From an uncultured Alphaproteobacteria bacterium (GTDB lineage Bacteria; Pseudomonadota; Alphaproteobacteria; HIMB59), in the NCBI GenBank assembly GCA_902584795.1, contig CACIBB010000005.1:19959-83958 (forward strand): 64,000 nucleotides of DNA, given 5' to 3'. The translations under genes were made by a program, and so were the position numbers. Positions 1-10,193 of this stretch are shown one piece after another; within the stretch, counting starts at the first letter, position 1; each line of letters opens with the position of its first letter. The notes beneath the pieces are model-generated. The model ran no database searches, was not told the DNA's origin, and worked only from the letters and a program-made list of their open reading frames with translations.

Positions 1-114
1 CAAAGTTTAATTGCAAGAACTCTTACGAGTAAATATACTCCAAAAATATCTTTAATTTTTGATGAGTCTTTTCAAGAGTCTCTAAAAGTACAATCACTTC
101 TAGATAAATTATAG
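1..114 (+). CDS. rbfA: ribosome-binding factor A, C-terminal fragment (5' truncated by window)
   Basis: Frame 1 reads ..LTSKYTPKISLIFDESFQESLKVQSLLDKL*, matching the RbfA C-terminal 'xxPxLxFxxDxS' pattern; sits directly before truB-rpsO-pnp. Confidence 0.8.
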   Translation, partial: QSLIARTLTSKYTPKISLIFDESFQESLKVQSLLDKL

Positions 115-117
115 ATC

Positions 118-816
118 TTGGTAAAAGAAAACTTTCTTAGTGATGGATGGTTATTAATAAATAAACCACAGGGCATAGAGTCATTTGGAGTTATTAGAAA
201 ATTAAAATTTCGTTATTCATTTAAAAAAATTGGCTTTGCTGGAACTCTAGACCCTTTAGCTTCTGGTTTATTATTAGTAGGTATTAATAAAGCTACGAAG
301 AAAATACCAAATATACATCAAGAAAAAAAAAGTTATGAGGTTGAGATACGATTTGGTGCTTCAACAAATACTTTAGACTCAGAGGGTAGATTCTTTAAAA
401 TGGAGTCGTACTCGCATAATATAAATGAAAGAGTTTCACATTTAAAAAAGTTCATAGGAACATATCAACAAAAAATACCAAACTTTTCTGCGCATAAATT
501 AAATGGTAAAAATTTTTACGAACTCGCTAGAGATAATAAAGCTATAGAAGATCGTTATAAAAAAGTATCAGTTCAAAGTTTAAAAATTCTATCTTCTAAT
601 AGCTCAAAAATGAGAGTTGAGTTGAATTGCCATTCAGGGTTTTATGTGAGGGCATTTGCTGAAGAATTTGCACATTCCCTAGGTGATATAGCTTATGCAA
701 GTATGATTAAAAGATTGAAAATAGGGACTTTTGATATAAATCAAGCTATTCCCTATGAAAAAATCCTTGATTTCTCAAGTATAAATGATTTACATACCAA
801 TCTGATTACCATTTGA
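118..816 (+). CDS. truB: tRNA pseudouridine(55) synthase, short form without PUA domain
   Basis: Motifs 'INKPQG', 'GFAGTLDPLASGLL' (catalytic Asp) and 'SGFYVRA'; canonical position. Confidence 0.93.
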   Translation: MVKENFLSDGWLLINKPQGIESFGVIRKLKFRYSFKKIGFAGTLDPLASGLLLVGINKATKKIPNIHQEKKSYEVEIRFGASTNTLDSEGRFFKMESYSHNINERVSHLKKFIGTYQQKIPNFSAHKLNGKNFYELARDNKAIEDRYKKVSVQSLKILSSNSSKMRVELNCHSGFYVRAFAEEFAHSLGDIAYASMIKRLKIGTFDINQAIPYEKILDFSSINDLHTNLITI

Positions 817-840
817 ACTGGGCGACATCCTGGTCAGATG
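810..840 (+). promoter_or_regulatory. putative S15 autoregulatory leader hairpin (alphaproteobacterial rpsO leader)
   Basis: CATTTGAACTGGG-CGACAT-CCTGGTCAGATG folds into a hairpin just upstream of SD GAAAGGAG and the rpsO start; core CTGGGCGACATCC resembles the alphaproteobacterial rpsO leader as recalled. Confidence 0.65.
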
Positions 841-864
841 ATGTTTACTTTGAAAGGAGTATTG

Positions 865-1119
865 ATGTCGGAAATACAAATAAACGATATAGCTCGTGCT
901 GATAATGACACTGGTTCGCCGGAGTCCCAAATTTTTTTTCTCACAAAAAAAATTAATCTGTTAACAGAACATATCAAAATCCATAAGAAAGATTTTCATT
1001 CTCGAAGAGGTCTGCTGATGATGGTTGGTAAAAGAAATAGATTGATGGCGTATTTAAAGAAGAGGAATGTAGGAAAGTACACAGAAGTAGCAGATAAACT
1101 AAAGCTAAGAAAAAAATAA
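865..1119 (+). CDS. rpsO: 30S ribosomal protein S15
   Basis: 'DTGSPESQI', '[21 protein letters not shown]'; start moved to ATG 865, downstream of SD AAAGGAG. Confidence 0.97.
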   Translation: MSEIQINDIARADNDTGSPESQIFFLTKKINLLTEHIKIHKKDFHSRRGLLMMVGKRNRLMAYLKKRNVGKYTEVADKLKLRKK

Positions 1120-1148
1120 TTTTTAATTAGCTATAAAGAAAGAGGAAG

Positions 1149-3212
1149 ATGAAAATAGAACATAAATTTGAGTTGGGTAACCAACAAATTACATTAGAAA
1201 CAAATCGAATAGCAAAACAAGCAGATGCATCTGTGGTTGTAACCTGTGGTGAAACAATGGTTATGGCTAACATTTGTGCAGCAAAAACACAAAAACCTGA
1301 TATTGATTTTTTCCCATTAACAGTTAACTATCAGGAAAAATATTATGCCTCAGGTAAAATACCGGGAGGTTTTTTTAAAAGAGAGGCTAGACCGACTGAA
1401 AGAGAAACATTAACAAGTCGTTTGATTGATAGACCTATTAGGCCTCTATTTCACAAAAACTTTAAAAATGAAACTCAAGTAACATTAACTGTCCTATCTT
1501 ACGATAGCGTTGTTGATCCTGATATTATTGCAATGTATGCAACCGGCGCAGCATTAGCTATTTCAGGTCTTCCTGTGGCAGGTACTTTGGGTTCCGCTAG
1601 AGTTGGATATATAGATGGCAAGCTAGTTGCAAATCCATCTATCCAAGATATGGAAAACTCTGAACTAGATCTCGTTGTGGCTGGAACAGAAGAGGGTGTG
1701 TTAATGGTTGAGTCTGAAGCCCAAGAACTATCTGAGAACACCATGCTAGAGGCAGTAATGTTTGGACATGATTTTTATCAGACATTTATTAAAGAAGTTC
1801 AAAACTTTGCAAGCAAAACAGAAATTAAGACTTTTGAAGTCCCAAGCCTACCTGATTTTTATGAAGGTTTACAAAAAGACATTGAAAGTAAAATTTCAGA
1901 TCCTATTCGTGAAGCATACGGTTTAGTTGATAAGCAAGAGCGAAGTCAAAAACTTACAGAGATCAGATCCTCTATTGTTGATAATGTTGAAGATGATCAG
2001 ATTTTAGCCGCTACAACAATCATTAAAGATATAGAAAAAGACGTAGTTCGTGGCGATATCATCAAAAATAAAAGCCGTATTGATGGAAGAAAATTAGATG
2101 AAGTAAGACAAATTACATGTGAACTAGACATTCTTCCTCGAGCTCATGGTTCAAGTCTTTTTACTCGTGGAGAAACTCAAGCATTAGTTGTTACCACATT
2201 AGGAACGGGCGATGATGAGCAAATGATTGACTCTCTTGATCCTATGCATAAACAACATTTTATGTTGCATTATAATTTCCCTCCTTACTCTGTAGGAGAA
2301 GTAGGAAGAGTAGGAGCAACTGGTAGAAGAGAAATTGGTCATGGAAAACTAGCATGGCGTGCAGTTCATCCAATGTTACCAAAAAAAGAGGATTTCCCTT
2401 ACACACTAAGATTAGTATCTGAGATAACTGAATCTAATGGTTCTAGTTCTATGGCTACAGTATGTGGCTCATCCCTTGCTTTGATGGCAGCGGGTGTGCC
2501 AATTAAAAAACATATTGGTGGCATAGCGATGGGTCTAATCAAAGAGGGAGAGGACTTTGTAGTGCTTAGCGATATCTTAGGTGATGAAGATCACTTAGGT
2601 GATATGGACTTCAAAGTTGCTGGTACTATGGATGGCATTACTTCTCTTCAAATGGATATTAAGATTACTAGTATTACTAAAGAGATAATGGAAATTGCTT
2701 TAAATCAAGCATCAGGTGGACGAAAGCATATTATTGGTGTTATGTCGGACGCCTTACCAGAGGCTAGAACAAAATTTTCTAAGCATGCACCTCAAGTAAT
2801 CTCTATCACTATCGATAAAGCTAAAATAAAAGATGTTATTGGCTCAGGTGGTAAGGTGATTAAAAATATAGTCGAAGTCTCTGGAGCAAAACTAGAAGTC
2901 AACGATGATGGAGTTGTAAAAATTGCATCCAGCAATGAAGAGTCAATTAACAAAGCTAAACAAATGGTGGAAGACATTGTTGCGGAGCCAGAAGTTGGCA
3001 AAGTCTACACTGGTAAAGTTGTGAAAATTGTTGAGTTTGGTGCTTTTGTAAATTTTATGGGCGCTAGAGACGGTTTGCTACATGTCTCGCAAATTTCACA
3101 AAAAAGAGTTGAGAATGTATCTGATGTTTTATCCGAGGGACAAGAAGTTCAAGTCAAAGTACTTGATGTTGATCGTGCTGGTAAGGTAAAACTTAGCATG
3201 AAGGAAGTATAA
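1149..3212 (+). CDS. pnp: polyribonucleotide nucleotidyltransferase (PNPase)
   Basis: Two RNase PH domains ('[11 protein letters not shown]', '[11 protein letters not shown]', '[13 protein letters not shown]') plus KH and S1 domains. Confidence 0.98.
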   Translation: MKIEHKFELGNQQITLETNRIAKQADASVVVTCGETMVMANICAAKTQKPDIDFFPLTVNYQEKYYASGKIPGGFFKREARPTERETLTSRLIDRPIRPLFHKNFKNETQVTLTVLSYDSVVDPDIIAMYATGAALAISGLPVAGTLGSARVGYIDGKLVANPSIQDMENSELDLVVAGTEEGVLMVESEAQELSENTMLEAVMFGHDFYQTFIKEVQNFASKTEIKTFEVPSLPDFYEGLQKDIESKISDPIREAYGLVDKQERSQKLTEIRSSIVDNVEDDQILAATTIIKDIEKDVVRGDIIKNKSRIDGRKLDEVRQITCELDILPRAHGSSLFTRGETQALVVTTLGTGDDEQMIDSLDPMHKQHFMLHYNFPPYSVGEVGRVGATGRREIGHGKLAWRAVHPMLPKKEDFPYTLRLVSEITESNGSSSMATVCGSSLALMAAGVPIKKHIGGIAMGLIKEGEDFVVLSDILGDEDHLGDMDFKVAGTMDGITSLQMDIKITSITKEIMEIALNQASGGRKHIIGVMSDALPEARTKFSKHAPQVISITIDKAKIKDVIGSGGKVIKNIVEVSGAKLEVNDDGVVKIASSNEESINKAKQMVEDIVAEPEVGKVYTGKVVKIVEFGAFVNFMGARDGLLHVSQISQKRVENVSDVLSEGQEVQVKVLDVDRAGKVKLSMKEV

Positions 3213-3223
3213 AAGTATTTATT

Positions 3224-3251
3224 TAGCATGGACATTAACTTATCCATGCTA
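3224..3251. terminator. hairpin between convergent pnp and small lipoprotein genes
   Basis: Inverted repeat TAGCATGGA-N10-TCCATGCTA; no strong U tract. Confidence 0.55.
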
Positions 3252-3261
3252 GTGTGTTAAT

Positions 3262-3414
3262 TTAATCTGATATTGGTTTACCTGTAACAGCGTCTCTAGA
3301 GTAAATAAATACTGCTTTTGCATCTCTACCTACTCCTTTGGCTGTACCCATGACCGTGTTACAACTAGTAAGAGTAAATGCACTAACTGTTAATATAATT
3401 AGTATTAGCCTCAT
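3262..3414 (-). CDS. entericidin EcnA/B-like small lipoprotein (50 aa; not in ORF track)
   Basis: Translated by hand: MRLILIILTVSAFTLTSCNTVMGTAKGVGRDAKAVFIYSRDAVTGKPISD*; lipobox LTSC followed by 'CNTxxG...GxD'; ATGA overlap with upstream gene. Confidence 0.8.
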   Translation of the reverse strand: MRLILIILTVSAFTLTSCNTVMGTAKGVGRDAKAVFIYSRDAVTGKPISD

Positions 3415-3533
3415 ATTCCAGGTATTACAGACCTAACATCGTCAACGACACCTCTTGTAAACCCCCCAATTGTATTACATGAACTAGTAAATAGACTTAA
3501 AGACAATAACATAGATATAAAAAATATTTTCAT
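3411..3533 (-). CDS. entericidin EcnA/B-like small lipoprotein (40 aa; not in ORF track)
   Basis: Translated by hand: [40 protein letters not shown]; signal peptide plus 'CNTIGG'; TAATG overlap with fabI stop. Confidence 0.75.
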   Translation of the reverse strand: MKIFFISMLLSLSLFTSSCNTIGGFTRGVVDDVRSVIPGI

Positions 3534-4309
3534 TACAAATCTTGAACGCTCATTCCAACATTATTGTAACCATTGTCAACATAAAGTATTTCTCCAGTTA
3601 CACCTTTTGACAGATCACTCATTAGGTAAACTGATGATTTGCCAATATCCTCTAGAGATAATGGTTTTTTTATAGGAGAATTATCAATCGTATAATTATA
3701 TATCTTTCTCGATTTATTGATGACAGCACCTGCAAGAGTTCTCATAGGTCCTGCTGAAATTGCATTTACTCTTATTCCTCTGTCACCCATATCAACAGCA
3801 AGATATTTTATAGATGTTTCTAAAGCAGCTTTTGCAACGCCCATTACGTTATAGCTTTGCATGTACCTTGTTGATCCATAATATGTGAGCGCCATTATCG
3901 ATGCACCATCATTCATTTTTGGCGAAAGCATCCTCACCATTTCAGTCAATGAGTATGCAGAAATATGCAGTGTTTTAAGAAAATTTTCTCTAGTGGTATT
4001 TAAATATTTACCAGATAGTTCATTTTTATCTGAATAGGCAACCGCGTGAACAAAAAAGTCAATATTTCCTTTAATGCCATTACAAACATTTTCAAGTGAA
4101 GATGTTTCAGATACGTCACAAGGCATAATTCCTAAGCAATTAATTTTCTCAGATAGAGGCTCAACTCTTTTTTTTATTGAGTCATTTTGATATGTCAAAT
4201 ACATACTTGCGCCTTCATCACTCAAGGACTTTGCAATGCCCCATGCAATCGAATGATCGTTGGCTATACCTACAACCAATCCTTTTTTGCCCTCTAAAAT
4301 TTTACTCAT
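3533..4309 (-). CDS. fabI: enoyl-ACP reductase
   Basis: '[13 protein letters not shown]', '[12 protein letters not shown]', '[13 protein letters not shown]'. Confidence 0.96.
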   Translation of the reverse strand: MSKILEGKKGLVVGIANDHSIAWGIAKSLSDEGASMYLTYQNDSIKKRVEPLSEKINCLGIMPCDVSETSSLENVCNGIKGNIDFFVHAVAYSDKNELSGKYLNTTRENFLKTLHISAYSLTEMVRMLSPKMNDGASIMALTYYGSTRYMQSYNVMGVAKAALETSIKYLAVDMGDRGIRVNAISAGPMRTLAGAVINKSRKIYNYTIDNSPIKKPLSLEDIGKSSVYLMSDLSKGVTGEILYVDNGYNNVGMSVQDL

Positions 4310-5519
4310 TAAAGCTAGTTAGATAGATAGATGCATTTGTTCCACCAAAACCAAAACTATTCGAAAGTACAGAATTGATTTTGATATCATTTTTATTTTC
4401 TAAGAGAATGTTCATTCCTTCAGCCTTTTCATCTAAGTTTGTAATATTGGCTGACTCAACCATAAAATCATTTTCCATCATTAAAAGAGAGTAAACGGCT
4501 TCTTGTACACCAGTTGCTCCGAGTGAATGACCCGTTAGTGATTTAGTAGAACTGGTTGGAGGAACCTTATCTCCAAAAACCTCTTTTATACCTTGTAATT
4601 CAATCATGTCTCCGACAGGTGTTGATGTTCCATGAGCGTTGATATAATCAACAGATCTACCCTGTGTTGCCATCTGCATACACCTTACTGCACCTTCTCC
4701 AGAGGGTTGAACCATGTCATATCCATCTGAAGTCTGACCGAAACCTTGAATTTCAGCAACAATATTGGCCCCTCTTGCTTTTGCGCTATCAAGGCTCTCA
4801 ACTACTAAAACACCTGCACCTCCCCCAATGACAAACCCATCTCTTGAAGAGTCGTAAGCTCGAGAGGCAACCTCAGGTGTTTCATTATATTTACTTGATA
4901 AAGCACCCATAGCATCAAATAAAATTGACATTGTCCAATGGGTTTCCTCACCACCACCTGCAAATACAATTTCTTGTTGCCCATGTCTTATGAGATCATA
5001 AGCATTGCCAATGCAGTGCAAACTTGTCGAACAAGCTGAACTAATGGAGTAATTTACACCTTTAATTTTAAAAGGAGTTGCTAAAGTAGCAGAATTTCCT
5101 GATGCCATTGTTCTAGTTACCATATAAGGTCCAATTTTTTTAACGCCTTTTTCTCTTGCTATATCAAATGCTTGTTGCAATTGATACGTTGAAGGTCCAC
5201 CTGATCCCATCACTAACCCAGTATTAACATTAGATATAAGCCCCTCATCAAGACCTGAATGTTCAATTGCCTCTTTCATTGCAATATAATTGTAAGCTGC
5301 GCCTTCCCCCATAAAACGTAAAATTTTTCGATCTACATTTTCTTCAATATTTATTTTAGGTTTTCCATGTACATGACTTCTCATTCCAAGTTCTTCATAT
5401 TCCTTGCAATGACTAATCCCAGATTTCACATCTCTTAAGCTCTGTAAAACTTCTTTTTTATTATCTCCTATACAAGAAACAATACCGTATCCAGTAACGA
5501 CAACTCTTTTATCACTCAT
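4302..5519 (-). CDS. fabB: 3-oxoacyl-ACP synthase I
   Basis: 'SISSACSTS' (active Cys), '[11 protein letters not shown]', '[10 protein letters not shown]'; between fabA and fabI. Confidence 0.95.
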   Translation of the reverse strand: MSDKRVVVTGYGIVSCIGDNKKEVLQSLRDVKSGISHCKEYEELGMRSHVHGKPKINIEENVDRKILRFMGEGAAYNYIAMKEAIEHSGLDEGLISNVNTGLVMGSGGPSTYQLQQAFDIAREKGVKKIGPYMVTRTMASGNSATLATPFKIKGVNYSISSACSTSLHCIGNAYDLIRHGQQEIVFAGGGEETHWTMSILFDAMGALSSKYNETPEVASRAYDSSRDGFVIGGGAGVLVVESLDSAKARGANIVAEIQGFGQTSDGYDMVQPSGEGAVRCMQMATQGRSVDYINAHGTSTPVGDMIELQGIKEVFGDKVPPTSSTKSLTGHSLGATGVQEAVYSLLMMENDFMVESANITNLDEKAEGMNILLENKNDIKINSVLSNSFGFGGTNASIYLTSFNE

Positions 5520-6027
5520 TGAATAAACCCACCCTTAAATCATTGGCATGGTAAATTATTTTTTCTTTGTGAATTATCTGCCCATCTCCATACCCAATTG
5601 ATAACCCTTTTTTATTTAAAGATTTTTTTAAACTAACTTTATATTTTATTAATTCTTTGTCCGGTTTTATTTCTTCAACAAATTTTATTTCCCCAACACC
5701 CAAAGCACGACCTTTTCCTGGATACCCAAGCCAACCTAGATAAAAACCCAACATTTGCCATAAAGCGTCAAGACCCAAACATCCGGGCATAATAGGATCG
5801 CCTAAGAAATGACATTTAAAGAACCATAAATCTGCATTTATATCCAGTTCAGCAGTTATTTCTCCTTTCCCATGTACCCCACCATCTTTATTGACATTAG
5901 TGATGCGATCAAACATAAGCATAGGAGGTGCTGGTAGTTGGGCATTTCCCTTTCCAAATAAATTTCCTTTACCACATTCAATTATTTCTTCGTAACTATA
6001 ACTAGATTGAGGTGTAAATGTATTCAT
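5512..6027 (-). CDS. fabA: 3-hydroxydecanoyl-ACP dehydratase/isomerase
   Basis: '[12 protein letters not shown]', '[24 protein letters not shown]'. Confidence 0.96.
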   Translation of the reverse strand: MNTFTPQSSYSYEEIIECGKGNLFGKGNAQLPAPPMLMFDRITNVNKDGGVHGKGEITAELDINADLWFFKCHFLGDPIMPGCLGLDALWQMLGFYLGWLGYPGKGRALGVGEIKFVEEIKPDKELIKYKVSLKKSLNKKGLSIGYGDGQIIHKEKIIYHANDLRVGLFNE

Positions 6028-6028
6028 A

Positions 6029-6799
6029 TTAATGGGGACAATTTTTATTGCTTAATTGTAGTTTGTTTATGTCTGAAGTCAAAAGGTCTATCAAATTGAT
6101 TTCACTTTTCAGTTGAGTTTTAACTTTTGCAAGAGCAAATATAATTTTCATGCAAGCAAAACTAGTAACAAATCCTGCAACTGGACCTACCATTGCACTG
6201 TTAAGACAACGGTGATTCTGATCAGCTTTAGGAAAAAGACACTCAAAACATGATGGATTATTTTCTTCATTGTTTTGTGCAAAGTATATGCCCTCTGAAG
6301 AGTTTATTGATATAGATACAAATGAGATTTTATTAGCTTTGCAATATTTTGAAGAAAAAATTTTATTCTGATGATTGTCCGTGCATTCAAATATTAAATC
6401 ATAATTATTATCTGGATTTTTTTTTATGAAAGACTCAAAATTTAATGAATGCTCTTTTATTATTGTTGAGTCATTTATATTTTTAAGTTTATATTTTGAA
6501 GTGTTTGATTTAGATTTACCAATATCATCTTTATCATAATTAATTTGACGATGTAAATTAGACTTTTCTATTATATCATGATCAACAAGTTGAATTTCAC
6601 CAACCCCAGCTCGAACAAGATATTGTGATGCAACAGTTCCCAGAGCACCTAAGCCAATTATACAAATTTTTTTCCTTGAGATATTTAGTTGCCCCTCTTC
6701 ATTTATCCCAGGAACTAAAATTTGTCTTCCAAACTCTTCAATCAGTTTTTCACTTTGTTCCTGTTGATCCAAAACCACCACTACCCCTCTCGCTTTCAC
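6029..6799 (-). CDS. ThiF/MoeB family sulfur-carrier adenylyltransferase (start uncertain, possibly TTG 6772)
   Basis: 'RQILVP', 'IGLGALG', 'DHDIIEKSNLHRQ', 'CFEC'. Confidence 0.88.
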   Translation of the reverse strand: MKARGVVVVLDQQEQSEKLIEEFGRQILVPGINEEGQLNISRKKICIIGLGALGTVASQYLVRAGVGEIQLVDHDIIEKSNLHRQINYDKDDIGKSKSNTSKYKLKNINDSTIIKEHSLNFESFIKKNPDNNYDLIFECTDNHQNKIFSSKYCKANKISFVSISINSSEGIYFAQNNEENNPSCFECLFPKADQNHRCLNSAMVGPVAGFVTSFACMKIIFALAKVKTQLKSEINLIDLLTSDINKLQLSNKNCPH

Positions 6800-7193
6800 T
6801 TAAATGACTTACTAGTTCAAAATTAACCTTTTCATATTTTGACACAACCATTTGTGCAATCCTCATTTTATCTTCAATTTCAAATATTTTTGATCCATGA
6901 TTTATTAAAATCACTTTTACTTCCCCTCGATAGTCCGCATCTATAGTTCCCGGGCTGTTTAGAACAGTAATAAAGTTTTTTGCAGCTAGCCCACTTCGAG
7001 GTCTTATTTGAACTTCAAATCCATTTGGAATTTCAAAAAATAATCCAGTTCCAATTAGTTTTGTTTCTTTTGGCGATATGCTAACTTTTCCATTTGGCAA
7101 GAATGCTCTTATATCCATTCCTGCACTAGATGATGTCTCAAAAGTTGGTAGAATAACGTTATCATTTATTTTTTTTACTTTTATACAAACCAC
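6750..7193 (-). CDS. dut: dUTP diphosphatase
   Basis: 'AGMDI', 'RPRSGLA', 'GTIDADYRGE', 'RGSGGFGSTG'. Confidence 0.97.
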   Translation of the reverse strand: MVCIKVKKINDNVILPTFETSSSAGMDIRAFLPNGKVSISPKETKLIGTGLFFEIPNGFEVQIRPRSGLAAKNFITVLNSPGTIDADYRGEVKVILINHGSKIFEIEDKMRIAQMVVSKYEKVNFELVSHLSESERGSGGFGSTGTK

Positions 7194-7194
7194 T

Positions 7195-7833
7195 CTAACT
7201 CTCTCTATTAATAATGTATTTTACAATTTTATTTGCAAAGGTTGTTTTACTTACATTTCCTAAATTTAAAAAGTCACCTGATCTTCCAATTAAAATACCA
7301 TTATTGTATTTTGAATTAAAAATTTTATTTTCCGCTGTTGGAAAGTTTAAAACTAGATAATCACAATTTTTGGAAAGCAATTTTTTTTTTGCATTTTGAA
7401 ATACATCATTTGTTTCATAAGCAAATCCGACTGTAATCTTAGGTTTATATTTTCCAAATGACATTGATCTTAAAATATCAGGATTATTAATTAATTTTAA
7501 AGACATTCCATTTTTTTTCTTTATTTTCAGTTTTTTATATTTTTTAGCTTTATAATCACTAACCGCAGCATTAAAAATTCCTAAGTCGATAGACTTATAT
7601 TTTTTTGCTTCTTTTAACATTTCATCCGCTGTTGGTGTGAAGATAAATTTAACATTTTTTGAAACTATTTGTTTTGTTTGAAGATATCCATGTAAACAAA
7701 TAACTTTATAATTAAATTTTAATAGGCTTTTTATTAAAGCTATGCCTTGTCGACCTGATGACTCATTTGATATATATCTTACTGGATCTATATACTCTCG
7801 AGTGCAGCCAATAGTAATTAATGCGCGTTTCAA
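7195..7833 (-). CDS. coaB: phosphopantothenate--cysteine ligase (CoaB half)
   Basis: 'TREYIDPVRYISNESSGRQG', 'NAAVSDY', 'NPDIL', 'VGFAYET'. Confidence 0.88.
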   Translation of the reverse strand: MKRALITIGCTREYIDPVRYISNESSGRQGIALIKSLLKFNYKVICLHGYLQTKQIVSKNVKFIFTPTADEMLKEAKKYKSIDLGIFNAAVSDYKAKKYKKLKIKKKNGMSLKLINNPDILRSMSFGKYKPKITVGFAYETNDVFQNAKKKLLSKNCDYLVLNFPTAENKIFNSKYNNGILIGRSGDFLNLGNVSKTTFANKIVKYIINRES

Positions 7834-8352
7834 TTACTTAAGTTGGCTAATTACTTCACTAGGATTAACTAAACGACCACTACCATACTCACCACAAGCT
7901 AAAGATCCATCATCTGGACCGATAAAATGATGACCAATTTTCTCTAAATAATCCACATTGTCTTGAATAATTTGATTAGCCCACATTTCTTTATTCATTG
8001 CAGGTGCAAAATATATAGGTTTGTTTGAAGCAATCATACATGTTAAGGCTAGGTCGTCACAAAAACCTTTTGCAAATTTTGAAATAATATTAGCTGTAGC
8101 AGGGTAAACAATAATATGAGTGTTATCTCGCGCTAATTTTATGTGTCCAATTTTTTTTTCCATATCCAAATCGAAGAGCTCTGAATATATTGGCTTATTG
8201 GAAATTGTTTCAAGTAGTAGTTTAGAAATAAACTCATAAGTGTTTTTTGTTGCAATAACTTCGTATTCAATGGCTTTTTTTTGACACTCACGAATTAGAT
8301 CTAAAGACTTATAACAGCCAACACTTCCAGTTATTATTATTAAAATTTTCAT
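7834..8352 (-). CDS. coaC: phosphopantothenoylcysteine decarboxylase (CoaC half)
   Basis: 'ITGSVGCYK', 'HIKLA', 'PATANII', 'APAMN', 'LACGEYGSGRL'. Confidence 0.9.
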   Translation of the reverse strand: MKILIIITGSVGCYKSLDLIRECQKKAIEYEVIATKNTYEFISKLLLETISNKPIYSELFDLDMEKKIGHIKLARDNTHIIVYPATANIISKFAKGFCDDLALTCMIASNKPIYFAPAMNKEMWANQIIQDNVDYLEKIGHHFIGPDDGSLACGEYGSGRLVNPSEVISQLK

Positions 8353-9050
8353 TTTTTTTGCATTATATATATGCTGTTAGCTCCAGAAATGAAATCAATA
8401 GTTTTAATATGAAAAAAACCTGTATTTATCAGTTCTTCAAGAAGGTTATTTTGACTAGGAAAAGAAATAATACTTTCAGCTAAGTATTTATAACTATATC
8501 TATCATTGGAGATGATGCTCCCAGTAAAAGGTAAAACATACTTTAAAAAGTTTTTATATGAACTTCTTAATAAATCTCTTTTTGGAATACCAAATTCCAT
8601 AATAAAAAAATAACCATTTTTTTTAAGGCATCTATAAATTTCAGAAAAACCACTTTTTCGATTTTTAAAATTTCTTACACCGTAAGTACATGTTATAATT
8701 TGAAAGAAATTTTTTTTATACGGCAAATTTTCTGCATAACCAACTTCGTAATAAATTTTTTTGGAACTATTTTTTTTTCTAGATATATTATGCATTTCGG
8801 AAACAGGATCTAAAGCATAAAGATTTTTTGAAATAGGAAGCAGATTAAAAATATCCCCACTACCACTTGCAATGTCTAAAATTTTCTCATTGTCAGTATG
8901 TTTTGATAATACAAGATCAACAAAATATTTTTTCCAAAGTCTATGTATTCCAAGACTCATAATATCGTTCATTAAGTCATATTTTGCATTAGATACATTT
9001 TCAAAAATATCTGTAATATTATATTGATTTGAATTATTTTTAGTTATCAT
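8349..9050 (-). CDS. ubiE: ubiquinone/menaquinone C-methyltransferase
   Basis: 'YDLMNDIMSLGIHRLWK', 'LDIASGSGD', 'YKYLAESIISFP'. Confidence 0.9.
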   Translation of the reverse strand: MITKNNSNQYNITDIFENVSNAKYDLMNDIMSLGIHRLWKKYFVDLVLSKHTDNEKILDIASGSGDIFNLLPISKNLYALDPVSEMHNISRKKNSSKKIYYEVGYAENLPYKKNFFQIITCTYGVRNFKNRKSGFSEIYRCLKKNGYFFIMEFGIPKRDLLRSSYKNFLKYVLPFTGSIISNDRYSYKYLAESIISFPSQNNLLEELINTGFFHIKTIDFISGANSIYIMQKK

Positions 9051-9867
9051 GCCTGAACTACCTGAAGTAGAAACAACAATAAGATATTTAAAGTCAAAAG
9101 TTAAAGGAAAAAAAATTATTTCTATTAAAAAATCACAAAAAAAACTAAGGAAAAATTTAAATTTTAAAGATCTTGAGCAAATATCTCAGAAAAAAATCAT
9201 ATCCGTTGAACGTTTTGCAAAATACATAATTATAGGATTAGAAAATGATAATTATGTAATTATTCATTTGGGAATGAGTGGTCGATTAAAGTATTATTTA
9301 AACGAGAATTATAAAAAAGAAAAACATGATCATGTTGTCCTACAATTTAAAGAATTTAAAATTATATTTAATGATCCTCGTAGGTTTGGCATGTTTTTTA
9401 GGCTTAAAGATTCAAAAGAAGTTAAATTTTTTTTTAATAAATATGGCACTGACTTACTAGTCAACAAAGTTAATTTAAATAAGATATACAATAAACTTAC
9501 AAACAAAAAAATTTCTTTGAAACAAGCTCTCCTTGATCAAAGTTTAATAGTGGGTATTGGAAACATATACGCTAATGAGGCTCTTTTCCACTCAAGGTTA
9601 AATCCTCAAAGATTTACACACACACTTAAAAAAGTTGAAATATCTAAGTTATTAAGCTCTTGTAAATTTGTATTGAAATTATCTTTAAAAAATGGTGGCT
9701 CTTCAATAAATGATTATAAATCCCCAGATGGTACCCTCGGAAGTTTTCAGAGTTTATTTAAGGTCTATCAAAAAAAACATGTAATATATAAAAAAAAGAC
9801 TTATAAAATAAAAAAAATCATCCAAAATGGGCGTTCGACTTTTTTTTCGCCTGCTTTACAAAAATAA
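9049..9867 (+). CDS. mutM: formamidopyrimidine-DNA glycosylase Fpg, lacking zinc-finger cysteines
   Basis: N-terminal 'PELPEVET', 'HLGMSG', 'DPRRFG', H2TH 'GIGNIYANEALF', C-terminal 'GRSTFF'. Confidence 0.95.
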   Translation: MPELPEVETTIRYLKSKVKGKKIISIKKSQKKLRKNLNFKDLEQISQKKIISVERFAKYIIIGLENDNYVIIHLGMSGRLKYYLNENYKKEKHDHVVLQFKEFKIIFNDPRRFGMFFRLKDSKEVKFFFNKYGTDLLVNKVNLNKIYNKLTNKKISLKQALLDQSLIVGIGNIYANEALFHSRLNPQRFTHTLKKVEISKLLSSCKFVLKLSLKNGGSSINDYKSPDGTLGSFQSLFKVYQKKHVIYKKKTYKIKKIIQNGRSTFFSPALQK

Positions 9868-9872
9868 AAAAA

Positions 9873-9881
9873 TGTGTATAA
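9873..9881 (-). promoter_or_regulatory. DnaA box upstream of rpsT-dnaA
   Basis: TGTGTATAA is the reverse complement of TTATACACA, a match to TTWTNCACA. Confidence 0.5.
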
Positions 9882-9926
9882 GTTATTAACGCTTTTAGAC
9901 GAACAACCTGTTAATAATACTTTTAT

Positions 9927-10193
9927 ATGCCACAACATAAATCAGCAAAAAAAAGACTTCGACAGTCTGATAGAAAAAAAACAGTAAACAAAGCTGTAAA
10001 ATCAAATGTCTCAACTCAGCTAAAGGCAATTGATAAACTCATTAAAGATAAAAAGGTAGAGGAATCAATGGCGAAACTAAAAGTAGTTATGTCTGTATTG
10101 CATAAATCTACTAAAAAGAAAATCATGCACCTCAACAAGGCATCTAGAACTATCTCAAAACTACAAAAAGATATAACCGCAATTTCTAAATAA
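9927..10193 (+). CDS. rpsT: 30S ribosomal protein S20
   Basis: 'HKSAKKRLRQS', 'HLNKASR'; upstream of dnaA as in alphaproteobacteria. Confidence 0.95.
   Translation: MPQHKSAKKRLRQSDRKKTVNKAVKSNVSTQLKAIDKLIKDKKVEESMAKLKVVMSVLHKSTKKKIMHLNKASRTISKLQKDITAISK

Noticed and set aside
8349-8352. Absence of ubiB between ubiE and coaBC as a pathway loss
   Set aside because: It may simply be relocated; this cannot be judged from one window.
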